From Eledone cirrhosa (Eukaryota): a stretch of 64,000 nt of DNA. The position numbers and the translations under genes are program-made. Numbering within the stretch: position 1 is the first letter of the stretch; each line of letters starts with the position of its first letter. Below the pieces are notes generated by a model, which searched no databases, was not told the origin of the DNA, and worked only from the letters and a program-made list of their open reading frames with translations. The stretch is taken from contig OZ024746.1 in the NCBI GenBank assembly GCA_964016885.1, forward strand, positions 23,436,001 to 23,500,000, in the 5' to 3' direction. Of this stretch, positions 29,722 through 43,987 are shown in pieces.

Positions 29722-30144
29722 CACTCCCTCCTCCTCTTTCTCTTACATTTCCTTCTCTATTACTTCATAGGTGTGTCTCCTCCTCCCTCTCCTTTAGTGA
29801 CTTAATTTGAAAATCCATTTTGGCGGGGTAACAACTTGCCCATGTTAAACCCTGGTGACTCATACCCAGTCCAAACTGGTGATAGACAGGCAGGGGGTCA
29901 GGAGTGTAGGTAGGCAAGCAGGGGGACAGAGGCGCCACATGGTATAGGCCTATTCTGTTCTTTTACATGTAAAGTACATCACATAGACTACATGTACCTG
30001 TATATATACCAGTAACCGATATACATATACACTACATGTATATATATATGTATATATACTCGTAAACCATATATAAATCAACTTATATGTAAGTACATCA
30101 AGTAGATGTATAAACCTGTAAGTATATAAATCTATACTACATGT

Positions 30145-30490
30145 ACATCATCATTCATCATTTCATTTTACGTCCGCTTTTCCCTGCTTGCAAGGGTGGG
30201 ACGGGAACTGATTCTGGCTTGATTTCTACAGCTGGATGCCCTTGCTAACACCAACCTCATTTACAGTGAGTGCTGGGTGCTTTTTTGCCGTGGACCCTCC
30301 ACGACCACTTTGCAGTGGAATGATATGGACCCCAGTCCCTATCATCTCATTTCTACAGCTGAGTAAACTGGAGCAATGTGAAATAAAGTGTCTTGCTCAA
30401 GGAAACAACACATCACCCGGTCTGAGAATTGAACTCACAACCTTTCGATTGCAAGGCCAATGCTCTAACCACTAAGCCATGTGCCTCCAT
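30145..30490 (-). mobile_element. Composite SINE (CORE-type head plus RTE-tail SINE body), near-identical to 59730-60072
   Basis: About 345 bp matching the second copy with only a few substitutions. Confidence 0.85.
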
Positions 30491-30793
30491 ATATATATTC
30501 ATAATTCATATATGTATATCCTGTTATATAAAAGTATCATGTAAGTATATCATACACACTACATGTGCATTTGAAACCCCCACCCCCACCCCTTATAGGT
30601 CAATGGCTTATATAATCCTTTCTTTTGTGATATCTAAAAATTGACAGGAAATATTTTAGGTGGTGAAGTCTAATAGCAGCCTCTATACTGTCAGTGTTTG
30701 TGTTACAAGATCCCACTTTAAACAACATTAACTGTCCTCCTTCAACAGATTCCCAAACTGACACCCATTTAAATGTTATTGCTATGTAAATTG

Positions 30794-30833
<40 letters not shown>

Positions 30834-33599
30834 TTGGTAATCCAACAGCAACAATAAGACCAGTATGAAGAACTGCACCACCTCCGTCAACAACAACAGC
30901 AACAACTGTACCACCAATCTCAACACTATCAACAGCAACACCAATATGAAGAACAACAGCAACAACAACAACAACAACAACAACATGAATAATAGCAATA
31001 GCAACACCACTAGCCACAATAACAACAGCCCACTGAATCTAGGTCTCTTTCTCTCTCTCACTTTGTCTGATAGTCTCTCTCTCTATCTCTGCCTACCTCT
31101 CTCTATGTCACTCTCTCATTCTGTCTGTCGCTCTCTCTCTCACTCTCTTTATTTTTCATTCTGTCTGCATCCCTATGTCCCTCTCTCATCATGTCTGTCT
31201 CTCTTTTTCACTGTCTTTCTGTCTGTTTCTCTCCCCCTCTCACTCAATATCTGTTTGCCCCCCCCCCCTCTCCTTATTGCTGGCTGTTCTGTTCTATTTG
31301 ATAAATCCCTGTTACTTTAACCCTGAACTCCGACCTTTTCGACTTAGGTGTCCAACTTGAAAACTGCTCAACAATGATGATGATGATGATGATAATGATG
31401 ATGATGATAATGATGATGATGATGATGATGATGATGACGACAGCGATGATGATGATGATGATGGACGATGATGGTGTGATAATGATGGCGTTGATGATTC
31501 AGTTTAATGGATAGATGGATGTTGGTATGAGTGGAAATATTTGTATACAGACACACACACGTGCATGTATGTGTGTGTGTATATATATATATGTATGTAT
31601 GTGTATATGTATATGTAGGGTTCCTAGTAAACAAACACACGTGTGTGTGTGTGTGTGTATGAATATATATATATTCATATTACCCATTCTACTACCCCAA
31701 ATATCAAGTACTCAGGTGAGTAATGGTATAGCTGGTTTTCACTGCATCCATTCTGATTTATATAATATATCATGTGGTAAAAAGATATTGTAAAACATAC
31801 AATTTGTTAAATAGCTGTTGACATTATTTATTTTTAAACATATTTATCATCATAATATTATTATTTTTGCTTTTTATCCTTACGGGGTCGATAAAATAAA
31901 GTACAAGTCACGCACTGGGGTCGATTTAATCGACCCCCCCCCCCCAAAAAAAAATTGCTGTCCTTGTGCCTATAGTAGAAACCAGCGGTGGATTGGCAGT
32001 ATCGGTGGTAGAGGGTCGGACGCCATGCTTTACAGCAAAAGAGTTACGGCCCTTTATGATCCGAGTTCAAATCCCGCCGAGGTTACCTTTGCCTTTCATC
32101 CTTACGGGGTCGATAAAATAAAGTACCAGTAATACACTGGAATAATTGCTGGCCTTGTGCCAAAAGTAGAAACAATTATATTATTATTAGTAGTAGTAAT
32201 AGCATTTTATAAAGTACTGGGCTTGATATAATCAACTTTTCCCCTTCTCCTAAATTGTTGGCCTTGTGCCTAAATTAGAAACCATTATGATTGCTACTTT
32301 AAAGGCTTCACGGCATAGAGTTACGGCCCTTTATGTCTAGATTTCAAATCCCGCCATGGTTAGTTTTGCCTTTCATCCTTAAGTGATCAATAAAATAAAG
32401 TACCAGTAATACATTGGGGTCGATTTAATTGACTTTCCCCTCCCCCCCAAAATGTTAGCCTTGTGCCTAAATCAGCAACCATTATATATTGTTTTATAAT
32501 ACTTATTTCATTTAGAAAAATGTAATCAGTCTATTGTATAACATGCTTCCTTGCTCCTTACACGAGTTTTTATATGACTTTGTTTGTCCAGCCCACCATT
32601 TATTGTCACCCCTATATTTATTGTGTTTACTGTGTTCTATGTACAAGCCCTTTTGGCTTAATAAAGAAATCATCATCATTATAACTGTTGTTACTGCTAC
32701 CACTGATGCTGTTGTTGTTGTTACTACTACTGATATTGCTGTTATTGTTGTCACTACTGATGATGCTTTTGTTGTTATTAACATTTTGTGAAACCTGAGA
32801 GTGATTCTGGAATGTTCCAAGCCTGCTACTGGATTTAATAGTAATTAGTTTCTGATATTTAATATAATCTGGTGTCTATGTCTATCTTGGTTGATATCTG
32901 TCAGGATGGATTGTTGTCCTTTCAAAATATATTACATAATAAGCTGTGGATGCAGGATAGCTGTCGGCTTGACTAGTATGCTTTGTAGTCATAAGTAAGG
33001 TCCCTTGTTCAATCCCACTGCATGGAGCATTATTGGTAAGTGTTATCAATCATAGTTCTGGGTCAACCCAAGCCTTGTAAGTGAACTGGGTAGATGAAAA
33101 CTCTTTGGAAGTTCATTGGATGGATGACTGCATTCAAAGGGTTAGTTTTGTCACACTGAATCTTCCTAAAAATTACATTAAAGGTGCATATGTTCATGGA
33201 ATACTCAACCACTTGCACCATATTTAATTTTTTATTTTATTGTATTTTATTTTTTTACTGTTATTTTATTTTTATATTCACTTATCTGTATATTTTTTGT
33301 TTCTCAACTGTAAGAAGTACATACATAGATAATTCCTCTAGTCAGTCATGGATTACTAGCTTTATACAGATGCATAAATTGATTAAATAAATAAATAATA
33401 GAAGATAGACCATGTCTATAAATCATGATGAATCAGTAACAACCCACATGAAACTGGCCCTGGTTTTATGATACAATACTGTCTGTTTTAAAATGTTCAT
33501 ATTTATATCAAAACTTTCCACATTTTATTGAAGGACATTTTGTTAAGTGACGTTATAAACCCCAGATTACTAATGCAAAAGTTATTTTGTTTATCACAA

Positions 33600-33765
33600 A
33601 ACAGAAAAATGGCAGCCTGCCTAAGGAAAGAACCCCATGAGGCAGAGTGGCTGTTGCAGTGGATGTCGCTGGCCATTCTCTGTGGCAGTGCCTTTGCCAT
33701 TTTGTTTGCAGGAAACAACTGAGAGATACTGCCCAGATTGAGGTGTCGTGTCTGCTGCTCTCTCC
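33600..33765 (+). mobile_element. CRE-like non-LTR retrotransposon 3' fragment
   Basis: EPHEAEWLLQWMSLAILCGSAFAIL matches the WLFQRxSLAIxRGNA C-terminal motif. Confidence 0.65.
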
Positions 33766-34312
33766 CCCTTTCCCATCCTTTCATTGTTTAATTTCTTCTT
33801 TCATTTTATTTCTTTTCTGTGTGTTTTATTAAATTCCTTCAAATGTTTTATTACTTTCAAAATTTATTGAAACATATAGCCAGTGTATTTCATTAGAAAT
33901 GTGGCAACAAAAGCATTTAAAGTACACATTGAATAGAGGAACAGGCTGTTCCATTGATTAAACTGACAGTGGTCCATTTCATTTCATTTTATACAATAAG
34001 CTAGATTGTGGAACAAAAGACTGGTTAATTCAGAAATATTTCCACAACTTCAGTTCTCTACATCTCTATAGGAATGGTAGATATTTATCAATGTTGGACT
34101 TATCTATAAACTAAATAAGCTATATCTTAGGGGCACACACCCTCGAGGGGATGGAATCATTTAAAAAAAATTTTTTTTTTATTTTATCATTAGTTTATTC
34201 TTTAACACTAAACTATAAAAAAATCACACACACACACACACATATATATATCATCATCATCAACGTTTTAAGTTCATTTTCCGCACTAGCATAAGTTATG
34301 TATATATTTATT

Positions 34313-34359
<47 letters not shown>

Positions 34360-35316
34360 CATTCTTTACCATTATAATTAACATAAAAAATAACAATTAA
34401 TAACAATTATATTTTTCTAGAGAAGGGCCTCAAATTTAATCTAGCTTTGGGCTTCAGCAGGTAAAAGTTCAGCTCTGTGTGCAACAAAGTGTGTTACAAG
34501 ACTGGCTCTTTGAATTACATGTACAATCTATACAACAGGATGCTTTTTGTTGTGACACCTATATGACCACTTTACAATGTGGAAAGAAGAAGAATTTCGT
34601 TTACTTTTGGTACAATGCCAGCAATTTGAAAGGAAGAAGAAAAGTGAAAGGCAAAGCTAACCTTAGTTGGATTTCTCAATTTGGCATAAAGTCAGCAATT
34701 TGTGGGGAAAGCAAAGTTGATGACATCTAACCTAGTACTTGACTGATACTTTATTTCATTGATCTTGGAAAGACAAAATTGGCCGGGATTTGAACTCTGA
34801 ACGTTGGAATAAATACTGCTTAGCTTTTGTAAGAGGCTCTAACGACTCTGCCAACATGTGTGCGCTGAACCTCCATCGGTTCCAACGACGAGTGTCTCAG
34901 TTGTTTGACTAACGAAACAGTCTGCTCCTGAAATTAACGTGAAATTTATGTGTCACGCATACCTTTTACGTAATTCTCAATGAGATTCAGTGTGGCACAG
35001 TGTAAGACAAAGCTGGCCCTTTGAATTACAGATACAACTAGGCTGCAGCAACATGGTATGTGTCTTTCTCAAGGACTCAACGCCCCACTGTAAAATAAAC
35101 CCACAACCATGCGATTGTGAGCCGAACACCCTAATATTTAAGCCAACGTGCCTTCAGTCGTATAATAAAGTACCATTGAAGGGAGATAACTCCAAATTAA
35201 TCATGAAATCTTTTTTTACTATTATTCAGTCGTTTGAGAGGAACGGGAGTATATAGTCAATTATTTGAATACAAAGTAATTAAGTGTTTAGTTGCAACCG
35301 AACAGGAAAAGATGAT

Positions 35317-35425
35317 ATGGGACTGTTAACGATAAATAAGCATGCTTTCGATGTTGTGTTTAAATTGGCCAGGATACGGTATTTCGGTTGCTCGGTCGTT
35401 TTCTGTTCAAATTTAGGTCCAAAAG
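35317..35425 (+). CDS. CSKMT: Predicted coding exon 1 of CSKMT-like gene (mitochondrial transit peptide)
   Basis: MGLLTINKHAFDVVFKLARIRYFGCSVVFCSNLGPK-G, ending at strong donor AAG|gtaagg in phase 1, matching the phase-1 acceptor at 53091; joined product 249 aa. Confidence 0.68.
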
Positions 35426-35661
35426 GTAAGGTATCTATCCCGTCCAATATTGTGTAAATTATCTGTTTCATATATTTTGAAATTGAGTCTGTTTTCTCTC
35501 ATACGTTGGTGACTTTGTATTAAAATATACATTGTTATATTTTCCCTTTTTTCTTCTTAACACTAACACACGTAATCTATTGCGTAAATTAACCTATTAA
35601 TTAATTATTCAAACATATAACTACATTGTTTTTTTGTGTGCCAAAGTGCAAAACCTGAGAC

Positions 35662-36008
35662 CAGCGCTTCCCAACGTGGGATCCATGGATCTTCAGGGCT
35701 CCGTGAGCTAAGTTCAAAATGCCAAGTATTTTGTTAAAAACAATATACACACATGCTATTGGGTATCTATTTTTCTATAAGTATAATCATTTCTCTCTTT
35801 TAATTGTTATCTTCGCTGTATAACAGTACTTCGTTAAAAACATAACATACACACGCTATTGTCTATCCTTTCTTTAAGTATAAACATTTGACTCTTCCGA
35901 TTCTTATTCTTGATGTATAAAATAATCTGGAGTGGAGTATTTGTTGTGGGGAGTCCATGGAAAAATGCATATAAATAAAGGTGGTAGAGAAAATTTTTGG
36001 AACCACAT
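35662..36008 (+). mobile_element. Degenerate hAT-like MITE; a related copy lies at 48603-48836
   Basis: Ends cagcgcttcccaac.../...ttggaaccac; internal ggtccatgg motifs and 'acacacgctatt' shared between the copies. Confidence 0.5.
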
Positions 36009-36345
36009 AAAGCAGTCGAAATGAGATTGCACGTGTCAAGGGCATGGTTAGCATCTGTTAAATATAATCATTTCGACTGCGCATGGAAGGCCGATTTGTA
36101 GCATAACATGCTATAGATTAGATCACTTGCTAAGTTCTAGCAATAGCAATCGTAATTCTATATTGTTGAAATGACTTTTTCAAAGACTTTTAAGAATTAA
36201 TTACTTTGGCTCATATGTGATGTAATTTGTTTCATTTGACAAAACATGCGGACAGTATTTAGAAAGACAAAAGAAAAGAAAAAGGGACATGTAATCTCCC
36301 TTATTTACACACAACAGAGAATGCTGGTGTTGTCCTCTAAAACTT

Positions 36346-36417
36346 TTTGAGGCAAGCCAAAACACTCACGGCATTACCTCGGGTGATAGCGAGGTTGATG
36401 TGCTGGAATAACATTTC
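36346..36417 (-). mobile_element. CRE-like retrotransposon 3' fragment
   Basis: LFQHINLAITRGNAVSVLACLK. Confidence 0.7.
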
Positions 36418-37109
36418 AAAAACAAAACATTCTTAATAAGAATGTTAGTCAAATCTACATCCCTTTTCAAAGATCTGTGATGAAAGTAGAGGGGTGACAG
36501 ATATTATAGAAAACTTAACTCACACAACATAAGGAAGTTTTTTTTTGTTTTTGTTTCATAACGTGAGTTGTACGTGATATGACAGACAACATACACAAAT
36601 AGAAAACCATAGAAAATGTTTGAGAGCGGATTAAAAATGGTAATATTAGTGTTTTATAATAGAGGGGAAAGATGAAATACAATGCTTAATATGTCTGTAT
36701 AATATTGCCGTACGAAAAGAATATAACATAAGGAGATGTTACGGAATTAAGGAACATTTTTTATTCACCGTTGTATAAATAACATAAATGCGTAAAATAA
36801 CATTGTTCAGAAGAACATTATAAATATAGAGGGTCAGACGCCATGCTTTCTAGCATAGTTATGTCCCTTTATGATCTGAGTTCAAATCCCGCCGAGGTTA
36901 ACTTTGCCTTTCATCCTTATGGGGTCGATAAAATAAAGTACCAGTAATTGCTGGCCTTGTGCCAAAAAGTAGAAACAATTATAAATATAATGTCGTTGAT
37001 AAACACAAATATAAACGCATAAAAGAGAGAGAAAAAAACGAAAATAAAAGGTGGAGGGACAAAAACCATCAATCCACCAAGTGCGACAATCGACCGCACA
37101 CCACATCAT

Positions 37110-37240
37110 AAAGGTTAACTAAACACCGAGGCAAGTCAATACGCTCGCAGCATTACCACGGGTGATGGCGAAACAACCAGGCACCCCCACGGACATTACC
37201 TGACACCTCAGTAAGTCGAACCGGTAGCGAAAAGTACTTA
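37110..37240 (-). mobile_element. CRE-like retrotransposon 3' fragment
   Basis: WLF..AITRGNAASVLTCL. Confidence 0.68.
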
Positions 37241-38189
37241 CTAGAAACATATCCCATATACTATCATATGTGTATTCATTTCGATGAAAAGAAAAAAATA
37301 GCAGCCTTGCAGAATAGAATTATAATTGGTGGACACCAGCTGACTGTTGACCCGTTGTGCCCCTCCTCCAGGATGTAAAGGCCTTTTTGAGTCTTTGATT
37401 TAGCCCCTGGGTACCATTAGCGGACTCCACTCAAGTCAGGTGTCCGCTTTGAGGATACTTTCCTTCTACCCTCACATCAATTTCTGAGGGGTACAGACAA
37501 AAACTTCACCGAACAAAATCCTCACTCCACTCCTATCAGACATAGTAAAAAGAAAAGAACAATAACAGATAAAACAAAATCTATTTATAGTTCTTAATAG
37601 CTAACATTAAACGTAACTTACACGATAAAGAATATTTAAATTCTGTATTATTTTTTTTCTACTGTGTGGGATGTTTGTCCGGGGAGGGGGGGGGGGGGGG
37701 GTCATGGACCCGTTACGGAAACCCTGAGAAAATGAAAGGTTATGGCCTCTCCCCTTTTATCTCCCGATAAAACCACGAAACTAGACTATTCTGCTAATTT
37801 TGTTACTTAGAGTTTAGCTAATTACCTTATTTGTTTAAAACTGCGCAGCATGGCCTATTAACCCAGATTCATTTTAAAATATCTTTTTGTTGTTGCTTTT
37901 TCTTACCCCCAAGTCAACCTTCGTCGTACAGGTTCCAACTATGACCATACCGTATGTTTGTATGCCAGAGATTACATTGTCCAACGTATCCTTTTATTTT
38001 ATTTTTAAGATAGTGACTACGTAGACGCCCTCTACACCACGCATTCTAATTCTTTTCTTGAATTTGTTGGTAATCACAAGTTTGATTAGCTAACAGAAGT
38101 ATACAATAATGAAAGTATTTAAAAAGGATTCGGTTGATAAAGAGGGAGAGAGAGAGAAAAAAGGAGGTGGGGTTAAATAATGAAAAGAG

Positions 38190-38400
38190 GGCAGGGAGTG
38201 ATACACTCGACACACTGCGTCTCACAGGCAAGATAGCGAAACAGTGTTGCGGAGAAAAGCCAGTAACATCCGCTGCATCAGCCATTCCACCTTACAGGTT
38301 TTTTTCTCAAGAAGGATGCACTCCTTCCGATTTTGCAGAGGAAATGACAGTCCGGAGACCGAGGACAACAGAGCTCTTGACAGACCGGCACGATAAGGAA
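38190..38400 (-). mobile_element. CRE-like retrotransposon 3' fragment
   Basis: Homologous to 49290-49475 and 33600-33765 (EWLMQRMLLAFLRN-like). Confidence 0.55.
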
Positions 38401-38835
38401 GCAGTCGGTTACCTTCCTAGTTTCAACTCCACCGAGACCAATTTTGCATTTCATCCCTCCTGGGTCGATAAATTAAAGTACCAGTCAAGTACTGGTGTTG
38501 ATATAATCGACTCCCCACCAACAATTGCTGGCCTTGTGCCTACATCAGAAACCACTATCATATTCGTTCCTTCGGTATACAGGACGTCTTGTGCACCGAA
38601 AAATAGGATATATTATAATCTGTCGGATACGTCTAATGTTTCTAAGTTGGTTAGTTACATCATATATTATATATAACTTCGTGTGAATGGCCTCTTCCTC
38701 CTTCGTGATGACTGATACAATTCTCACATTTCATCTTTGTTGATGTTGAACATTTATTTGTTTATATATTTTTTTCTATTACCATAGTTTATTTTTCCTC
38801 ATTGATGTGGAATTTTCGTATTCACTAGATACGAA

Positions 38836-38900
<65 letters not shown>

Positions 38901-38930
38901 CCTTCCTGTTCAGTATAACCATGTCCATTA

Positions 38931-38968
38931 CGAGCTGAGGATCCGCTAAGGTGAAACAATTGTTCTCG
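38931..38968 (+). ncRNA. Minimal type-I hammerhead ribozyme in a ~100-bp island (38901-39000) between microsatellites
   Basis: cgag-CTGAGGA-tcc gctaa ggt-GAAA-caattg-TT^ctcg; perfect stem I cgag/ctcg, palindromic stem III ACAATTGT. Confidence 0.7.
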
Positions 38969-38997
38969 GTATGGTGAACTAACTGTTGTGTAACCAC

Positions 38998-39115
<118 letters not shown>

Positions 39116-39136
39116 ATATCTATATATATATATATC

Positions 39137-39161
<25 letters not shown>

Positions 39162-39167
<6 letters not shown>

Positions 39168-39241
39168 CGTCAAGACGGGCGGTCTCAAAAGTGAAACTAA
39201 TTTTAGTTTCACTTTTGAGACCGCCCGTCTTGTCGTATGCC
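39162..39241. mobile_element. 80-bp near-perfect palindrome inserted in (TA)n (MITE or foldback remnant)
   Basis: ggcatgcgtcaagacgggcggtctcaaaagtgaaactaa tt ttagtttcacttttgagaccgcccgtcttgtcgtatgcc. Confidence 0.65.
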
Positions 39242-39869
39242 TATATATATACATATATATATAATAGACGAGTATGATGAAATTTAAGACTTTTTATTTG
39301 TTTCAACAGAAAAATTATATAATAAGAAAATGACAAAAATTTCGCTTAAGCACCATTTTAATATAGAGAGAGATGTTTATATATTATAATCTAAGCATTT
39401 ATTCAATTGATTTACCTTTAACACTTAATCTCGCATCCCTCATATATCTTCAGAGACTTGATAAAATATGGAGCTGTTGGAGTAAGAAATCTCTTGAGGT
39501 AAAAAAAACAAAACAAAAACATCACAACAACACCATGATAACTGCAAAAAAAAACAAAACTATTATACTGTTAAAAATGAGAAACTAAGTTTAAATAACA
39601 CTAAAAACGAGAGACAGGGTGCGGGGCTAGTAGATATAGATATAGTTAATTAGATTGATTGACAGGCAGCTACAATGCAGTTATTAAAGTTAACGAATAC
39701 TAAAAATACAAAGATATTACTATATTTCTTTCTTTTCATTTCATTCTGTAAACTAAGCTACAGAAAGGAGGACAAGGCTAAATATATATCTAATCTAGAT
39801 TGTTATATCCTTTATAAGACATCAGATAGCTGTCACTTCATGGCCCTGTGGACAGAATAACAAATGTGT

Positions 39870-40495
39870 TACTCCAGAGGATTGTGAGGGATAGTTTTTG
39901 AAAGAGCCAGTCCAACTTGCAGAGCGTGTTCTTGTGAATGGCTATGTTTGCAGTAAGTAGGGAGATGGTATGGCAGACCCAGGATACTAGATGTTTCCAC
40001 TGCTATGGATTCAACAAGATACCAGTGCACCCCATATGGTCCATTCTTGCATATGGCCATCTTCATCCTGATTGTAGTAAGTAGGGAGATGGTTTGGGAG
40101 ACCTCAGAATACTAGCTGTTTTTACCCCAATGGGTTTAATGATAAACCTATAAGAGAGCAGCTGGTACTTTGTCAGCTTGAGATCTTCAGCCTGCTAGGC
40201 AACACAGCCTGGATCTGACTCTGATTCCACCAGGTCATCACTTGAGAAAGTCTCACTGTTGGTTGCATCCAAGATGAGGGGCTTACGACCTTGAAACAAA
40301 AAGATTCTGATGTTGTCTGGCTCTTTACTATCCTCTTGGTCTAGCCCTGCCGGTTCCAGCTGTGATGGAAAGCTGTCTGTGTCTGAGACACTCTGAATGA
40401 GCTCATTGAAAGCAGCATGCCATATGAATTAATCAACTGTGAAGGAGCATGAGAGCAAGTAAGATCCACAAGTGTCCTCCATGGAGCCTCAATGG
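39870..40495 (-). mobile_element. CRE-like retrotransposon restriction-like endonuclease domain remnant, with partial internal duplication
   Basis: HAAFNELIQ..FPSQLEPAGLDQEDSKEPD..KPLILDAT..AEDLKLTKY..PIGVKT / IAVETSSILG..DWLFQKLSLTILWSN. Confidence 0.78.
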
Positions 40496-40790
40496 CATAC
40501 ATATTACATTATATAAAAGAACTACATTAAATCTCTGTATGAAATATAACACAATACAAAAACTAAGAAACAACATTTTACAATTTTACATTACCAAATC
40601 CATGGTATCATGAAATAAATAAACAATTACAAAACATTGTTTATGAATAGTGAGATACATGCTAGCATGAAAAATAGACGTTAAACAGTGATGATGATGA
40701 TGACTGATATCACCACACAAGCTGATAACAACTAAAGTTTGATAAAATGAAAGTATTCCCCCTCCACCTTCTATACTCAAAGATGGCCCA

Positions 40791-41003
40791 TTAACCCTTT
40801 AGCGTTTGCATTACTCCATATTTAATATTGTATTCTTGTGGTAAAGGCTTTACCTCACATAATATCGAACCTATGAGATTTTGATATTTATTTTGAGAAC
40901 AATACTTTAACATAAGTATGAGCAGCCGGTTATTGCCGATTTGAACAGAAAGAGGTGAGAGAATTCTGGCTGGATACAGCCAGTTTAAATGCTAAAGGGT
41001 TAA
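40791..41003. mobile_element. piggyBac-like MITE
   Basis: TTAA-CCCTTTAGCGTTT ... AAATGCTAAAGGG-TTAA terminal inverted repeats with TTAA target site. Confidence 0.8.
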
Positions 41004-41312
41004 TTGTTGTTTGTATATAAATAGAAGACATTTAATTTTGGGGTTGCACCTGACCTGAGATCCGGTATTGAAACTAAAGCAGACACATTTTAGCCACAGT
41101 TGTACCTGCCTGTCAAGTGACTTGATCTGAGACTGTGTTGAAACTAAAGCAATTAAATTGTGGAAGAATCATTTTAGCCACAGTTGTATAGTCTGGCAAG
41201 TAACTTGATATGAGACAGTGTTGAAACTAAAATAATTACATTGTTGGAAGAGTCATTTTAGCCACAGCTGTACATGTCTGGCAAGTGACTTGGTCAGAGA
41301 TTGTGTGTTGAC

Positions 41313-43334
41313 TAACATTCAGTAATTATTTTAGTTTCAACACACAATCTCAGATCAAGTCACTTGCCAGACATGTACAACTGTAGCTAAAATAATTAAC
41401 ATTCAGTAATTATTTTAGTTTCAACACACAATCTCAGATCAAGTCACTTGCCAGACATGTACAACTGTAGCTAAAATGATTAACATTCAGTAATTATTTT
41501 AGTTTCAACACACAATCTCAGATCAAGTCACTTGCCAGACATGTACAACTGTAGCTATAATGATTAACATTCAGTAATTATTTTAGTTTCAACACACAAT
41601 CTCAGATCAAGTCACTTGCCAGACATGTACAACTGTAGCTATAATGATTAACATTCAGTAATTATTTTAGTTTCAACACACAATCTCAGATCAAGTCACT
41701 TGCCAGACATGTACAACTGTAGCTATAATGATTAACATTCAGTAATTATTTTAGTTTCAACACACAATCTCAGATCAAGTCACTTGCCAGACATGTACAA
41801 CTGTAGCTATAATGATTAACATTCAGTAATTATTTTAGTTTCAACACACAATCTCAGATCAAGTCACTTGCCAGACATGTACAACTGTAGCTATAATGAT
41901 TAACATTCAGTAATTATTTTAGTTTCAACACACAATCAGATCAAGTCACTTGCCAGACATGTACAACTGTAGCTATAATGATTAACATTCAGTAATTATT
42001 TTAGTTTCAACACACAATCAGATCAAGTCACTTGCCAGACATGTACAACTGTAGCTATAATGATTAACATTCAGTAATTATTTTAGTTTCAACACACAAT
42101 CAGATCAAGTCACTTGCCAGACATGTACAACTGTAGCTATAATGATTAACATTCAGTAATTATTTTAGTTTCAACACACAATCAGATCAAGTCACTTGCC
42201 AGACATGTACAACTGTAGCTATAATGATTAACATTCAGTAATTATTTTAGTTTCAACACAATCTCAGATCAAGTCACTTGCCAGACATGTACAACTGTAG
42301 CTATAATGATTAACATTCAGTAATTATTTTAGTTTCAACACACAATCAGATCAAGTCACTTGCCAGACATGTACAACTGTAGCTATAATGATTAACATTC
42401 AGTAATTATTTTAGTTTCAACACACAATCTCAGATCAAGTCACTTGCCAGACATGTACAACTGTAGCTATAATGATTAACATTCAGTAATTATTTTAGTT
42501 TCAACACACAATCTCAGATCAAGTCACTTGCCAGACATGTACAACTGAGCTATGATGATTAACATTCAGTAATTATTTTAGTTTCAACACACAATCAGAT
42601 CAAGTCACTTGCCAGACATGTACAACTGTAGCTATAATGATTAACATTCAGTAATTATTTTAGTTTCAACACACAATCTCAGATCAAGTCACTTGCCAGA
42701 CATGTACAACTGTAGCTATAATGATTAACATTCAGTAATTATTTTAGTTTCAACACACAATCAGATCAAGTCACTTGCCAGACATGTACAACTGTAGCTA
42801 TAATGATTAACATTCAGTAATTATTTTAGTTTCAACACACAATCAGATCAAGTCACTTGCCAGACATGTACAACTGTAGCTATAATGATTAACATTCAGT
42901 AATTATTTTAGTTTCAACACACAATCTCAGATCAAGTCACTTGCCAGACATGTACAACTGTAGCTATTATGATTAACATTCAGTAATTATTTTAGTTTCA
43001 ACACACAATCTCAGATCAAGTCACTTGCCAGACATGTACAACTGTAGCTATAATGATTAACATTCAGTAATTATTTTAGTTTCAACACACAATCAGATCA
43101 AGTCACTTGCCAGACATGTACAACTGTAGCTATAATGATTAACATTCAGTAATTATTTTAGTTTCAACACACAATCTCAGATCAAGTCACTTGCCAGACA
43201 TGTACAACTGTAGCTATAATGATTAACATTCAGTAATTATTTTAGTTTCAACACACAATCTCAGATCAAGTCACTTGCCAGACATGTACAACTGTAGCTA
43301 AAATGACTAACATTCAGTAATTATTTTAGTTTCA
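41313..43334. repeat. Homogeneous 84-bp (82-83 bp variants) tandem array, 24 full copies plus a partial, flanked by diverged inverted copies (41050-41310, 43333-43430)
   Basis: Unit taacattcagtaattattttagtttcaacacacaatctcagatcaagtcacttgccagacatgtacaactgtagctataatgat. Confidence 0.97.
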
Positions 43335-43987
43335 TTTTAGCCACAGTTGTACATATCTGGCAAGTGACTTGATCTGAGACCATGTGTATCTGTTGACACT
43401 GAAACAATTAACACTGTTGAAGAGTCATTTCAGTTAACAAAAACTGTTAACTTTAGTGGAAGTGGAACTATGACCAGGTCACAAATAGTTCAATGAATAT
43501 TTTGAGACCAAGAAATACATGATAAATGTAAAATGAATTTAACAGATTTTATAGATGTTTGAATAGCTTTATGATTATTCATCATCATCATCACCGTTTA
43601 ACATCTATTCTCCATGCTTGCATGGGTTGTCATGTTGTGAGGCAATTCAGGCCTTGTTCATACACAACTGTTTCTGGCTTGGTTTCTAAAGTTGGATGTC
43701 CTTCCTAATGCTAACCACATTTCAGTGTGGACTGGGTGCTTTTTACCATGGCACCAAAACGACCATCTTACTGGGTGGACGGGGTGCTTTTTTCCTTATG
43801 GTACCAGCACAAATACCTTCACGGTAGACTGGGTGCTTTTTGCTTTTTGTCGTGATAACACTGTGGGAGAGATGTGAAGTGTGCCCAGTTTTCCATGCTT
43901 GGATGCATGGGTTGGACAGGAGAGGTGTATCAGTGGGTCTGGGAGGTGGTGGTTGGGGGTGTAAATGCTTTCTGATTTAGGTACAAT

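Noticed and set aside
41313-43334. CRISPR-like regular array
   Set aside because: Units repeat over their whole length with no unique spacers; no cas genes; eukaryotic context
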